The notes beneath the pieces are model-generated. The model saw only the letters and a program-made list of their open reading frames with translations, searched no databases and had not been told where the DNA came from. From the IMG/VR virus record IMGVR_UViG_3300009157_000001, positions 32,001 to 96,000 of that record: a DNA stretch of 64,000 nucleotides, one strand, 5' to 3'. How positions within the stretch are numbered: the first letter of the stretch is position 1; each line of letters begins with the position of its first letter. The position numbers and the translations under genes were made by a program. Origin of the DNA: a virus. This document shows positions 29,202 through 40,073 of this stretch, piece by piece.

Positions 29202-29692
29202 ATATCATGTAAATAGATCATTCCTGTTGCAAAACCGATTGATTCCTCCGGAAAAAATACTTGGGTAAGCCTCTCCATATTATGATACACATGGTACAGA
29301 TCGTCTCTTCTACAAAGAGCTGTATGTCTTGTTCTTACTTTCTTACTTGTTATTTTCTTTGCTTTTTCAATACTTAGTACTAAATTCTTATATAATGCAT
29401 AAAGATCAAATTCTGCTACTGAGGGAATAAACTCACAGTATAAAACTTGCTTATACATTAATCCTTTACTTACAATAGACTTGTGTTTTGCTGTACTATT
29501 AGAATATCCCTGACTTGTAAAAAGATAGAGTATAGACCCATCTTGTTTAAGTACTCTCTTTGCTATAGGGAAATGATATCCATAAGAATAAATTGCATTT
29601 TTCTCAAAAAACATACTTCTACTATAAGTTTCTCCTTGAATATCTCCTGCTACAAAACCTTCTACAAGTTCTTCCTGACTTCTATACTTCAT
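29186..29692 (-). CDS. Conserved phage hypothetical protein
   Basis: IYSYGYHFPIA...YSNSTAKH motif. Confidence 0.65.
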   Translation of the reverse strand: MKYRSQEELVEGFVAGDIQGETYSRSMFFEKNAIYSYGYHFPIAKRVLKQDGSILYLFTSQGYSNSTAKHKSIVSKGLMYKQVLYCEFIPSVAEFDLYALYKNLVLSIEKAKKITSKKVRTRHTALCRRDDLYHVYHNMERLTQVFFPEESIGFATGMIYLHDICLPR

Positions 29693-30102
29693 GCAAGTCT
29701 GGATTCTGAAAATCCCAGGGCTTTTGCCATTGAGGGCATCGTCTCAATCATATGATGACAGTTAGCACAGGAAGATAACCAGGTAGACACATCAAGATAG
29801 TACTTCCCCCTACCTTTTTTATGATGGACCTGACTAGCTCTTGTCTGACACTTAGAAAGTCTTGCTTGACAGAAAGGATTCTTTTCCAAGAACTCTTTCC
29901 TGAGTTTTGAGTATTCTTTGTCTTGAACCTTCCTCTTAGAAGATCGAGGGGAGATGGGTTTCTGTTTCCTTGTTGGTTTAAACTTGGACTGACTAGTGTT
30001 GGCAACTCCAGCACAGTATCTACAGAACCCCTTCCCCTCAATTCTTTTCCAAATTGGTCTTTTCCTTTTACAATTACTACAGATCTTTTTTTTCTGTATC
30101 AT
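29689..30102 (-). CDS. HNH endonuclease-like protein
   Basis: CQARL..C...HHKKGR...CANCH. Confidence 0.75.
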   Translation of the reverse strand: MIQKKKICSNCKRKRPIWKRIEGKGFCRYCAGVANTSQSKFKPTRKQKPISPRSSKRKVQDKEYSKLRKEFLEKNPFCQARLSKCQTRASQVHHKKGRGKYYLDVSTWLSSCANCHHMIETMPSMAKALGFSESRLA

Positions 30103-30592
30103 TTACTTCAGGGATTTCTGGTTCACCCTCTTGTTTTCTTATCATACCCCTCCTTGTAAGAGCCAGGCCATTTTTAACTGTTTTGTTAAGAATGCTCATA
30201 CTACTCCGGAACTCCACTATATCATTATCCTGTCTGGATAAAGTTTTGAGAAGTTCCTCTTCCATAGGATTTTCTGGAGTAAGTACAAGAGTAACATAAT
30301 CACTCACTATAAAGTCATATTTCATGCTAGTGCCTCCACTCCTTTAAACATTTGGTCAAGATGATCATACATTTCTACCTCACTTTCTTTTATCAGGGTC
30401 ACAATAGGTTCTAACTTACTATTGACCTCACGAGCACACCTATAAAATTCTGACTTCTTCAGTTCTTCTATGGCATCAGGTTCTACCGGTTTGAAGATCT
30501 TCACATCCCCAAGTCCTGGTAAAGGAATATTAGCATTCACATGAAAGCCTTTATTCTCTATACACCTCTGGTACTTTAACATGGTAATTCTA

Positions 30593-31129
30593 TTACACAT
30601 GTATAGGTATACTATCTCTTCGTTGTTTAAGTTGTGGTAGCCCATGAGGATCAGTTATTAGTTCATAAAAATTAGGAGGGAGTATCCCTTCCTGGATAAA
30701 CTTGTCAACTACTACCCTTTTATCAATTTTCAAGTCCTTAAGACTTAACTCAATAGGATAATCAGGATCAATCAGCTCAGATTCTGAGAACAGTTCTGAT
30801 CCCAGGATACTCTTAGGAAACATCTGATCTGCAAATCCACCTACTATTTTATTCACTTTTTCCTGCTTAAGGATATTAACCAGGATCTTAGCCTTTTTGT
30901 GGACTTTCAAAATCCTCTGTTTTTTCTCCCTATGCATCTCCTTTAACTCATTTGGCTGGAATATATCCAGACCATATAGTGCTCTCTGGTACAGAAACTT
31001 CTGGTACTTGGTCATAGATAATGCACTGTATCTGCGTCCTTTATACTCAGAACCCTCCTGCTGAAGTTTTTCTAGTTTGCCGAGATACTGCAGGGATTTC
31101 TCAGACAACTGATCAATGATTGGAACCAT
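30593..31129 (-). CDS. Conserved phage hypothetical protein
   Basis: 178 aa; LYQRALYGL and EGILPPNFY. Confidence 0.65.
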   Translation of the reverse strand: MVPIIDQLSEKSLQYLGKLEKLQQEGSEYKGRRYSALSMTKYQKFLYQRALYGLDIFQPNELKEMHREKKQRILKVHKKAKILVNILKQEKVNKIVGGFADQMFPKSILGSELFSESELIDPDYPIELSLKDLKIDKRVVVDKFIQEGILPPNFYELITDPHGLPQLKQRRDSIPIHV

Positions 31130-31162
31130 AAATATACAGATTTTTGGATGAATACTAGGAGA

Positions 31163-31198
31163 GAAAAAAAGAGGAGAGGCCTGTATGACCCCTCCTCT
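31163..31198 (-). terminator. Intrinsic terminator
   Basis: AGAGGAGGGG...CCTCTCCTCT hairpin followed by a T run. Confidence 0.65.
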
Positions 31199-31215
31199 GT
31201 TATAGATGATCTGGA

Positions 31216-31665
31216 CTACTTCTTTTCCAGTCCGGCTTTCTGAAGCTCCAGGTAAGCAGCCTTGATGGCCTCACCATTGGTATGAGCAACAAGCTCATCT
31301 TAAGCATCAGGATCCAAGGTGAACATCTGCTTGCGGTAGATAGGATCCCCACCTACACAACAAACAATCTTGGTTTCACCAGCCACTTTATAATCCCTCT
31401 CAGGATTTTTAGGATTGAGGGCTTCCAGAGATTCTTTGATGATAATCTTACCATCAATCTCCTGGCCATTTGCCCATTTCATTCCTTCCAGGTCAGCAAC
31501 TGTACCCGGGATGAAAGCACTTACTTTCTGCCTGCGCAAAAAGCCTGCTTCATCAATCATAGCACGGGTTTGTTCTACTCTCACTGAGCCATACTCAGGA
31601 TTGTTTTTGGAAGCTACCACGACTTTTCCATCGGGTGATGCAACCACTTTCACTTTTGTGTTCAT
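31216..31665 (-). pseudogene. Conserved phage protein (possibly OB-fold) interrupted by an in-frame TAA at 31300-31302
   Basis: The frame continues after the stop as DELVAHTNGEAIKAAYLELQKAGLEKK to a TAG at 31216, followed by a terminator. Confidence 0.55.
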
Positions 31666-34600
31666 TTTGAGTTGATTTTTGAGTTAAATAAGGACCATGA
31701 GTTGTAAAGATCACTCCAAACCCGGTCCGGGATCTGGATGACCTATATAGTGAAAGCACCTTCTTACTAGGATTCAGTGCTGTCTATATCTTCTTCTGGA
31801 ATTTCAAGAGTAGATTGATCAATCTCCTCTAATTTGGGTTTTTGTAGAGTATCCTCCTCTGGAGAGATATCTAGTTCATTACTAAGTCTTATAGACCTTT
31901 CTTTCTTTCCCAGGGCTGAACCATACCAGGGATATTGTATTACTTCACCGGCATTAATAGAGAGGAGGTATTGATAATCCTGATCATCAAGATCAAGATA
32001 TTCCTCCACGGACATATGGACCACTCTGCCGTTTCCTATACTTACTATCACTAAATGAGGGTATTATACAAACAGACCCCAAAGTTAGTAAACCTTCATG
32101 ATTTAAACAAAATAAATTTGGAGATTAGGAAAGAGGGACCAATTTCCCCCTTTCCATCCTCTCCTGATTAATGGTTCCATCATTAATCTTAAGCTTCCTC
32201 TTCCTTCATCTCTGGAAGTACATCTTCCAAAGGTTGGACCTCTTTTTCATGTACTGGATACTCATATTGACAGTCTTGATCCTTAGAATCTTTATATGTG
32301 TACTGAACTTCCAGCTTATGCTTCTTATAAAGATCTATTGCTATAATTTCAGTTTTGAGACAGTGTCCCTTAACAAATAGACCTGCAGACTCAGTCTTAG
32401 CATTATCTATGCTGTAACTGTTGAGGTGTTTTACATCAACCAAGACCTCATCACCTATTTTGTATGCAGAGACTGGAGCTAGACCTTGTAATGCCTTATA
32501 GAACTGCTCCAGACCATATCCATTCTCACTTTTAGAAAGATGATTTAATATCACATCTACTATGAGATTTCTATAAGGATGATTAATCATACCTCTTAGG
32601 GAATCTCTTAGCTCTTTTACTGTTATACTGACTTGTATCTTCTTATTATCCTCCAGCATGTATCTTGAATAAATGGTTAAGTATCATGGGCCATAGTTCC
32701 GCTCCCGGGTCAGGTCAGCTCCCATGATACAAACCCTATTGCGGATTTCCACCAATTTGTTTCTCATTTCTTCTTCTTAGGACCTAATCAACTTTGGGCA
32801 AAACCTGTCTGTTGACATAATAATACATTATTTGTCCAGGAGAATCTTCCGGGGCAACAGTTATCATCTGAGCATAAACCTCACTTCCTACCCCTATAGA
32901 TTTACCTATAGTAATAGTAAAAGAGGTTGAGTCATTAATACAGTAGTACTTGTTTTCTCCAAGGTCTCTTAGAATCTTATACCGGTCTGCATTAATACTG
33001 ATCTTGTTCTCAAACACAGCAACCTGTATATGAGAATCATGAGTCCCGGATTTAGTCCTGATCATACCTCCCTGATAATTCTGAGAATACACAAAAGAGG
33101 ATATGACCAGTAATAGTACTGTAAATAGCTTTTCCATGTGTGAGTTAAAGTTTTGAGTTCAAGTTGAGTAACAAATTTAGAGTTATTTCAGATCTTTTTC
33201 AATAAGGTCTACAAAGTAGATACTAGGTACAAATTATAGAGATCCTCAGTAGTCTTCTCAGGACTCTTTCCATCCTGTTGATTAAACCACCACATATCAG
33301 GTTTATCGGGTATTTTATATATACCATACTTAGCAATCCATAAAGCAAAGTCCTGACATTCCTTGGAATTTGTTATAGGTTCATAATGCTTAGTTTCATC
33401 ACCTACTACTTTGACTTTGGATCCACAGACAGGACAGTTTTGGCTACTCATATGGACAAACCCTTTCGTGTTTGTTCTTGTATATCTTCTGAAGTCTTTC
33501 GGAACTTACAGAGGATACTTCCTGATCGACCTGGTGGATCTCTTTAAGTACATCCAGTACTTTGCAAAGTCCCTCAAATTGCATAAGAGTTTCATTCTCA
33601 GACCTAACTGTCTTTTTAGAAATAGATTCAAAAGCCTTTTCTATCCTAGCAAGTTCTTTCCAGTGGTAACCCGTACATTCCACATGAGTCCTGATAACAG
33701 AATCTTTTCCCAGGATCTTTTCTGGAATTTTAGAAATGAACTGTCTTGAGTGTCCAGGTCTGCTGGTTACAAATAATCTGGTCCAAGTTCTCAGAGTAAT
33801 CCGACTTCCCATTCTTTCCAGATCATCCATAGTATAAGATTTGCCAAGTTTTTTCATCCCATCCCCCACAAGATTCCCTACAGCACAAGCAGTGCAATCT
33901 CCATGTTTGAGTTTTTTATCATTGTATGCATCCAGGAGTACATCTACTGAATGGTAATAAAGTTCTGATCTGTTCATAATTTGATTAGGTTTAGATGTTA
34001 AGAAATTTCTTGGACCTGTATTCCGGTAACACAGGAGTAATGGACCTCTATTGCCACTGCATTATAAGGTTTACCGGCTCTACACTTATTCTGATCATCT
34101 AGGTCATTTCCCGGACCCAGAGCTACTAAAGTAGTATAATCCCCTTCTTTAAAAGGTTCCTTACAAGCAGGGCATTCCTGTCCAATAGAAGGATGATCTG
34201 ATCTCTTGGGTCCAAATTTTGGTGCTTCACTCATTTATTTTCTCCTTTCTGATAGGTCTGAATAATAATCCTCCCCGCTCTACATAAGCTTTGATATTAG
34301 TAAATATCTCAAGAGCCATATCAGATTTTAGGTCCCTCAAGTCTTCTTCTGTGGGATTATACCATTCGTGGGTAGGCTCTAAGGATTGATCTACCCTGTA
34401 CATAGAAGACCTGGCAGTTTTAGGTGGAGGACATTCAGGACAAGCTATTAGAAAGGCCGTTGTCCCTTTATCTCTGTCCACAGTTACTGTTTTGTGACCC
34501 TCATTACAAATATAAATATTCTTCTTACCTTTGTACATAGTTGATTGATTTAATGAGTTTTAAATGGACAGGCAATATAGAACCCTTCAAGTTCCACAGA

Positions 34601-34696
34601 TCCTATAAAGATCCTGTCCACTGTATAGACCTGGGAGTGTGAATGCCACATAACTAACATGAACTTCTCCTAGGTACTACACGTCCCTTTAAGGTT

Positions 34697-35128
34697 TTAG
34701 GCAACTAGTTTTCTTGAAAGATAACAGAGTACAGGGTCTACCTGACTAAAAGTACCGAGACCTTCTATAAAAGATATCTCGTCACTATTAGATAAACATA
34801 AAGGCATCCTGTGATGATAAGGTCTTACTGTTGGATTTGCATCCACAGTAACAATACTAAACTCTCCTTCAGAGTTAAAAATTACTCCTATCTGAAAGTT
34901 TATACCACTATACCTTCTAAACTCTGCTCCTCCTTCCCAGAAGGACTCTATACTTAGAATCCCCCGGTTCTGCTCAATCTTCTTCCAAGTAGACTTAAGA
35001 TTTTCCAGACGAGAGTTATAAGTATCTCCTCCAAATAAACCCCAGGTCATCTCTCTTTCACCTTTTCTAGTTGCAATCCTGAACCTTGTTTTTGGGGCAC
35101 TGAATCCCGCCCCTATCCTGTAACACAT
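34697..35128 (-). CDS. SRAP (SOS response-associated peptidase, abasic-site protection) protein
   Basis: Starts Met-Cys; TWGL, YNSRLE, FWE, HHRMP. Confidence 0.8.
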   Translation of the reverse strand: MCYRIGAGFSAPKTRFRIATRKGEREMTWGLFGGDTYNSRLENLKSTWKKIEQNRGILSIESFWEGGAEFRRYSGINFQIGVIFNSEGEFSIVTVDANPTVRPYHHRMPLCLSNSDEISFIEGLGTFSQVDPVLCYLSRKLVA

Positions 35129-35132
35129 ATTA

Positions 35133-36299
35133 TTAAGCAGCTACTGTTATAGAGTTTTCTCCCTTTATAAGATCAGCAGCATAAATCTGAAGATTTGTGG
35201 TGATCCTTTTGAAGAACAACTGAAGACTCTTTTCAGATACTATAGACTCAATTATCTCCCTTATATCTGCAGGACAAGAAGCATTTCTCAGTCCACAGAT
35301 CTGATCTATAACAAACTCATTAGTACCTTCCCCAAAAATAGCTTTTCTTATACCAATAGTGAACCTTTTACTATAGTCATGGATAGGAGAAGGAGTATAA
35401 CTAATAACAAAATAAGATAAGTCCTTAATTCTGTTTCTGTAGTTAGTATAAACACAATGACTCATCTCCTTCCCTTCTCTGAATAATTCCCGATCACTGG
35501 TTATCAAACAGAAGCCTTCAGGTAGTTCTGGTATTTTACCATAACCAAAATCTGTATCTGGAATACTCATTACCTCATATTCCATGAGTTTTCTGGTCAT
35601 TCTCTGATGTTCTTCTTCCAATCTCTTCTTGCTCCACCTGTGATCTACCTTTTCCCCAAGCATCATTGCTTGGTCTAGGATATCTTTGTATTGACTACCC
35701 TCAGGTTCTCCCTCTTCCACTATATGCTTCAAGTAAGCTGCTGGGTTCTTTGCTTGTTTGAGAAATCTGCTGTAATAAGCAAGAGTTGTATTTGGAGCCT
35801 CCTGAGCTAACTTATAGAAATACTTTGGAGAAAGTCCTTTTATCTTAAGACTTGTAGATACCCACCTCCTTATAAGCTGGGTAGGGTTAGTAATCTTTTT
35901 GCTTAGGATCAATCCTAAGGTAGTATCTGTGATTACTTGTGTAATAGAATGAGGAAGTATGCAGACCCATTCATTACCTGTATATTTGAAAAGTTCACAG
36001 ATAGCATGTATATTCTTACCTGTTTTTCCAAACCAGGTTTTGACCTTCCTTGTCTTTTTGTCATAAGACATACCAGATCGGACTTTGTCCCGTCTGTAAA
36101 AGGCTGTACCAAATCCTACTACTACTTCTTTACTGGAAAAACAGATCTTCTCGTCATTTTCATAGATCTCTTTATAAGTCATCCCAGTAAACTTCTTAGA
36201 AAAGACCATCCATCTCTGAACATCGGGAGCAAACTCCTTTATCTTACTAAGAAGGTCCCAGTTCTCTCCAACGGTATTTACAAGTATTCTTTTTTCCAT
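35133..36299 (-). CDS. PcfJ-like domain protein
   Basis: ELFREGKEMSHCVY...QICGLRN. Confidence 0.75.
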   Translation of the reverse strand: MEKRILVNTVGENWDLLSKIKEFAPDVQRWMVFSKKFTGMTYKEIYENDEKICFSSKEVVVGFGTAFYRRDKVRSGMSYDKKTRKVKTWFGKTGKNIHAICELFKYTGNEWVCILPHSITQVITDTTLGLILSKKITNPTQLIRRWVSTSLKIKGLSPKYFYKLAQEAPNTTLAYYSRFLKQAKNPAAYLKHIVEEGEPEGSQYKDILDQAMMLGEKVDHRWSKKRLEEEHQRMTRKLMEYEVMSIPDTDFGYGKIPELPEGFCLITSDRELFREGKEMSHCVYTNYRNRIKDLSYFVISYTPSPIHDYSKRFTIGIRKAIFGEGTNEFVIDQICGLRNASCPADIREIIESIVSEKSLQLFFKRITTNLQIYAADLIKGENSITVAA

Positions 36300-36364
36300 A
36301 AACCTGCTAATTAGAAGACCATACCAGATCTCTCCAGTATGGTCTTGAGTTTTGTGATTATGAG

Positions 36365-36820
36365 TTATCTTACCAGTATATACCGGTAGAAAGAAGCTGA
36401 TCCGGATGCTCCCCACTGATCCAGTACCATAGAATCCTTAGTCAAGTATTTTATCTTGTATTCTGCATTAGTAATATACATAGAGGTGTCCTTATAAATA
36501 GCCCAGGTAGATCCTGTTACAGGAGTACAACTTAATCCCTGAATACAGTAATACTTCATGGTCAAATTAGTACTGCTGAATACATTGGATGTGAAATCCA
36601 TAAGACACTTATCTCTATCTGTGTTGTTATCCACAGAAAAGAGAGTGTCTGGTGTCCCCATTCTCCACTCTCTTCGTTTGAAGAACCACTTACCAAGAGC
36701 ATCCTGCTCCATTTTAGTAAGTGTGGGAGCAGTAGTTACCGGAGGTGTTGCAGGAGCCGGATTCTCCTTCTTACATGAGAACATTCCCAGCAAGATAAAA
36801 CAAAACAATAGTTTTTTCAT
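36365..36820 (-). CDS. Lipoprotein (lipocalin-like)
   Basis: MKKLLFCFILLGMFSCKK lipobox; GKW. Confidence 0.75.
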   Translation of the reverse strand: MKKLLFCFILLGMFSCKKENPAPATPPVTTAPTLTKMEQDALGKWFFKRREWRMGTPDTLFSVDNNTDRDKCLMDFTSNVFSSTNLTMKYYCIQGLSCTPVTGSTWAIYKDTSMYITNAEYKIKYLTKDSMVLDQWGASGSASFYRYILVR

Positions 36821-37436
36821 AGTCTTAGTTTTTAGAGTTACACAATTTAGTCAAATTCAATGAGTTTATCAAGAAGATTAATTATAACATTCTGAACAGA
36901 TATAGGAGTTATTACTAACCAGTTAAATAGATCAGGAATCCCTACAACTTTATCAGGAAAATATACTTTCCAGATACTTTGTTCATCAAACCCCTTATCC
37001 ATACACTCCTGGATAATAGTAACCAGGTCTGCTTTTGAGAACAATCTGTCTTTGTAAGGTTCCAATAATGTACAGTGAAAAATGATATCTTCACTAGTTG
37101 TACAAGCTCGGACTTGTCGCAGTATCTTAGTAAAAAGAATCATATCTAGGACAGGGTTGTCTATCTTAGGAAGTTTCTCTAGGAAAAGTTCTGTACATAT
37201 AGTTGACCTAAAGCCTGTATTTATAGATTGATCTATAATCCATCTCCCTTCAGATCTTGAAGTATTCGTTCCCTGTCCAGTACCCTTACCGAACTTTTCT
37301 GTCAAAAGCTTATAAAGAGCTGCTTTGCCATTTCTTTTATACCAAGACCCTCTTGTTAGTCTATATCCTGAGAACTTTACACCGATACTTACTGCTCTAT
37401 ACCCACACTCATAGTATACTGTGTTAAAATACTCTC

Positions 37437-38198
37437 TTATTCTTTCAGGGGACATGCTTTCCATAGGGCTTCCAGATCAATATTCAGGGTAGTATTTTGT
37501 GGTATCTTACCCAGGATATTATCCAGAGTTCTTATATCATGTTTCATATCCAAGGGCTCATAAATCTCATGGCCCACGCTTCTTAGATAATCCCTGAATT
37601 TGGTCCCATCCCCAAGTACTCCTTCTGAGAACTTAACCCACATACAAGGTTTCTCATAGGTATGAGCTACTATAATTCCATGAAGTGAAGAACTGATTAA
37701 CTGCTCACATTCCTGGACCCGGTTTACTACATGTTCTATACCCAAAGTCAGATCAATTACCTGGACTTCTTTCATGTCCCAGTATTTCATCTTAGTCTGT
37801 GCATAATCAATCATATGAGGGATTATCCCGAGTTTATACTTCTTTCCTCCTACTTGCCCAGAATAAAACCTGGGTAGTAAAAGGCAAGGATCTCCATAAA
37901 CCTCAGGACAGTCATGACCAAATCTCATGATTATCTCTCTACTTATAGGTCCTCTTACAGCCTTTATATCTAAAGGTTTCTTTATAAGAGTGTCAGAATA
38001 AGCTATCCCGGCACCCCACACAATACATGATTGAATCATAGGATCATTGAGAAGACTTCCCGTTATCATATACTTAGGTTCATACTCCTGGTTAGACCAG
38101 ACAGCATCAAGACCTGTTATTTGTTTTACTAAATAAGCTGTCAGGTGATCCCCAAAGTTAGGGGACTTATGCCAGTAACAAGGTATTGCTTTGATCAT
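37437..38198 (-). CDS. Polysaccharide pyruvyl transferase family
   Basis: NFGD, AVRGP, GDP, IIPH, SSSLHG. Confidence 0.85.
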   Translation of the reverse strand: MIKAIPCYWHKSPNFGDHLTAYLVKQITGLDAVWSNQEYEPKYMITGSLLNDPMIQSCIVWGAGIAYSDTLIKKPLDIKAVRGPISREIIMRFGHDCPEVYGDPCLLLPRFYSGQVGGKKYKLGIIPHMIDYAQTKMKYWDMKEVQVIDLTLGIEHVVNRVQECEQLISSSLHGIIVAHTYEKPCMWVKFSEGVLGDGTKFRDYLRSVGHEIYEPLDMKHDIRTLDNILGKIPQNTTLNIDLEALWKACPLKE

Positions 38199-38365
38199 GT
38201 TTTGCTCATTTTTTCATAAGTAGATATATGAATCTTCAACAGATCCAACCGTCTTTTGAATTCTTTTTTCCTAAATTTGCTCAATGCCAGAAGCATCTTT
38301 ACATCCCCCTGAAATTGGTAAGCAAAAGCCTCTTCTCTATTCTTTGGTACAAGTTTGCTCATAAG

Positions 38366-38824
38366 TTACCTCCATTTTACTTTTCTCATCTTCAGACTCA
38401 TCCCCTTTTCCATAAGGAGATTTCCTGCATAGTCATAACAGACTACATGCCCATTATACATACCAAAGTTATCGTATTTTATATCTGTCAGGAACTCAGG
38501 TAGTTTAGCTGGGTACGGATATATCAAAGGTTTACATTTCTTCATTAGAAGTATTCTACCACACTTAGACATCAAGGTCACCGGGGCAAACCACTTATTG
38601 ATACTCTTTACTTCAGATACCCGGGTCCAGACCTGGTGTTCCATAACATTGGCATTCCAGTTACTCACATCAATCTTAATCACTGTAGTTTTATCAAAGG
38701 GATTCTCAAAGACCCGTCTACTACAACCATACCCTAACATTTCTCCCAGAAAGAAGTCTGCAAATTCCAGGGATACAATCTTGTCACTAAGTATTTGTTC
38801 TATAGCCTCATCTTTAGTAAACAT
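38366..38824 (-). CDS. Kinase-like protein
   Basis: LGYGCSRRVF, VIK, DIKYDNFG, DY. Confidence 0.7.
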   Translation of the reverse strand: MFTKDEAIEQILSDKIVSLEFADFFLGEMLGYGCSRRVFENPFDKTTVIKIDVSNWNANVMEHQVWTRVSEVKSINKWFAPVTLMSKCGRILLMKKCKPLIYPYPAKLPEFLTDIKYDNFGMYNGHVVCYDYAGNLLMEKGMSLKMRKVKWR

Positions 38825-39417
38825 CAGTCTCGGGGCATTATAAAAACACAACCCCTGCGGGCCCCAGTTGCCTGGTGATTAAAATAATGATAGTAATTGT
38901 CTTGTCCATAGATATTATCTATGTGATTCTTAATCCAGGACCACTCATAGACTATTTTCTGATCCGGATAAGTATCATATCCTAAAGTAAGATCATTAGG
39001 GGACTTGAAGTCATGAATAGCAATTATAGGCTTGATTTCTGCCCAAGCTATCTGTTCTAACTCCTTGAGTACCGGGTTTTTATACCAATGAGCATCCAGG
39101 AATATAAGACATGCTCTCTTGGAAAGAGAAGCAAGTACTTTCCCCAAATCCTTAGAAGAATCCCCTTCTACTGTTTGTACATGAGAGAACTCTTTCAGAG
39201 TAGCCCGGGCTATTTTCAGGTATTCCGGATTGGACTCTATAGTTACTACCTTTTCAAAGTTCTGAGCCAACCACTCAGTAGTAACTCCATGATAGGTTCC
39301 AGTTTCAACTACTTCTTTAATCTTGTATTTATCCCTGAGGTTCAGGAATTCATCTTGGAGAAAACTATCTCCATTAAAAGGAAGGGCTTTTGTCATAGTT
39401 TTTATATTTCTTCCCAA
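38824..39417 (-). CDS. Class I SAM methyltransferase
   Basis: VETGTYHG, GDS, FLDAH, IHD. Confidence 0.8.
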   Translation of the reverse strand: MGRNIKTMTKALPFNGDSFLQDEFLNLRDKYKIKEVVETGTYHGVTTEWLAQNFEKVVTIESNPEYLKIARATLKEFSHVQTVEGDSSKDLGKVLASLSKRACLIFLDAHWYKNPVLKELEQIAWAEIKPIIAIHDFKSPNDLTLGYDTYPDQKIVYEWSWIKNHIDNIYGQDNYYHYFNHQATGARRGCVFIMPRD

Positions 39418-40073
39418 TCAGCATCAGGTCTATGAGCATGATAAGGATAATGTTGAAAGTCTACTTTAATCTCTGCATTTGGATCAACCAAAAGGTCTTT
39501 CCTGAGCATATACAGGTTCAGGGCATCATTCTGAAATATGACCTTGTAACCGGTCATCTCGGCAAGTTTGACCCCGGCACTGAAACTGAATCCATAGAAG
39601 TCATCTCCAGAATACTTATGATCGGGATTGTATCTTATAGTCTTACTAAACTCAATAGGAATAGTCCCATTTATTTCACAAACTACCAGATCTGGTTGAT
39701 ACTCAGTTATTACCTCTTTTAGAATATAATAATCATTACCATCCAGATCCAATGACAAGAAAGAGAACTTCTTAGGACAAGAATAGGACCTGAGAGTCTC
39801 TATAATATTGTCTCTAGTAACCCAGAGATTCTTAATCTCTGGGTTACCAAAGTTCTTTCCATCTATAAGAATACTATTGTATCCTTTCTCCATCCTGAAG
39901 TACCTAGTATTAGAGTTACTTTTTCCATCACTGGCTCCTATATCAACAAGGAATTTATCCCCATAACCTATATGACTCAGAATGAAGTCAATATAACCCT
40001 CTTCTCCGGCCTGGCTCCACTTCTTAATCTTAGGGGAAGATCCGATCTTGTTTATCCAGGAATCATCTTTCAT
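39402..40073 (-). CDS. FkbM-like methyltransferase
   Basis: WSQAGEEG, VDIGASDG..SNT, SLDLDGND. Confidence 0.8.
   Translation of the reverse strand: MKDDSWINKIGSSPKIKKWSQAGEEGYIDFILSHIGYGDKFLVDIGASDGKSNSNTRYFRMEKGYNSILIDGKNFGNPEIKNLWVTRDNIIETLRSYSCPKKFSFLSLDLDGNDYYILKEVITEYQPDLVVCEINGTIPIEFSKTIRYNPDHKYSGDDFYGFSFSAGVKLAEMTGYKVIFQNDALNLYMLRKDLLVDPNAEIKVDFQHYPYHAHRPDADWEEI

Noticed and set aside
29186-29692. Candidate Avd accessory gene
   Set aside because: Carries a different conserved phage motif (YSYGYHFPIA) and no four-helix-bundle Avd pattern that I can recognise
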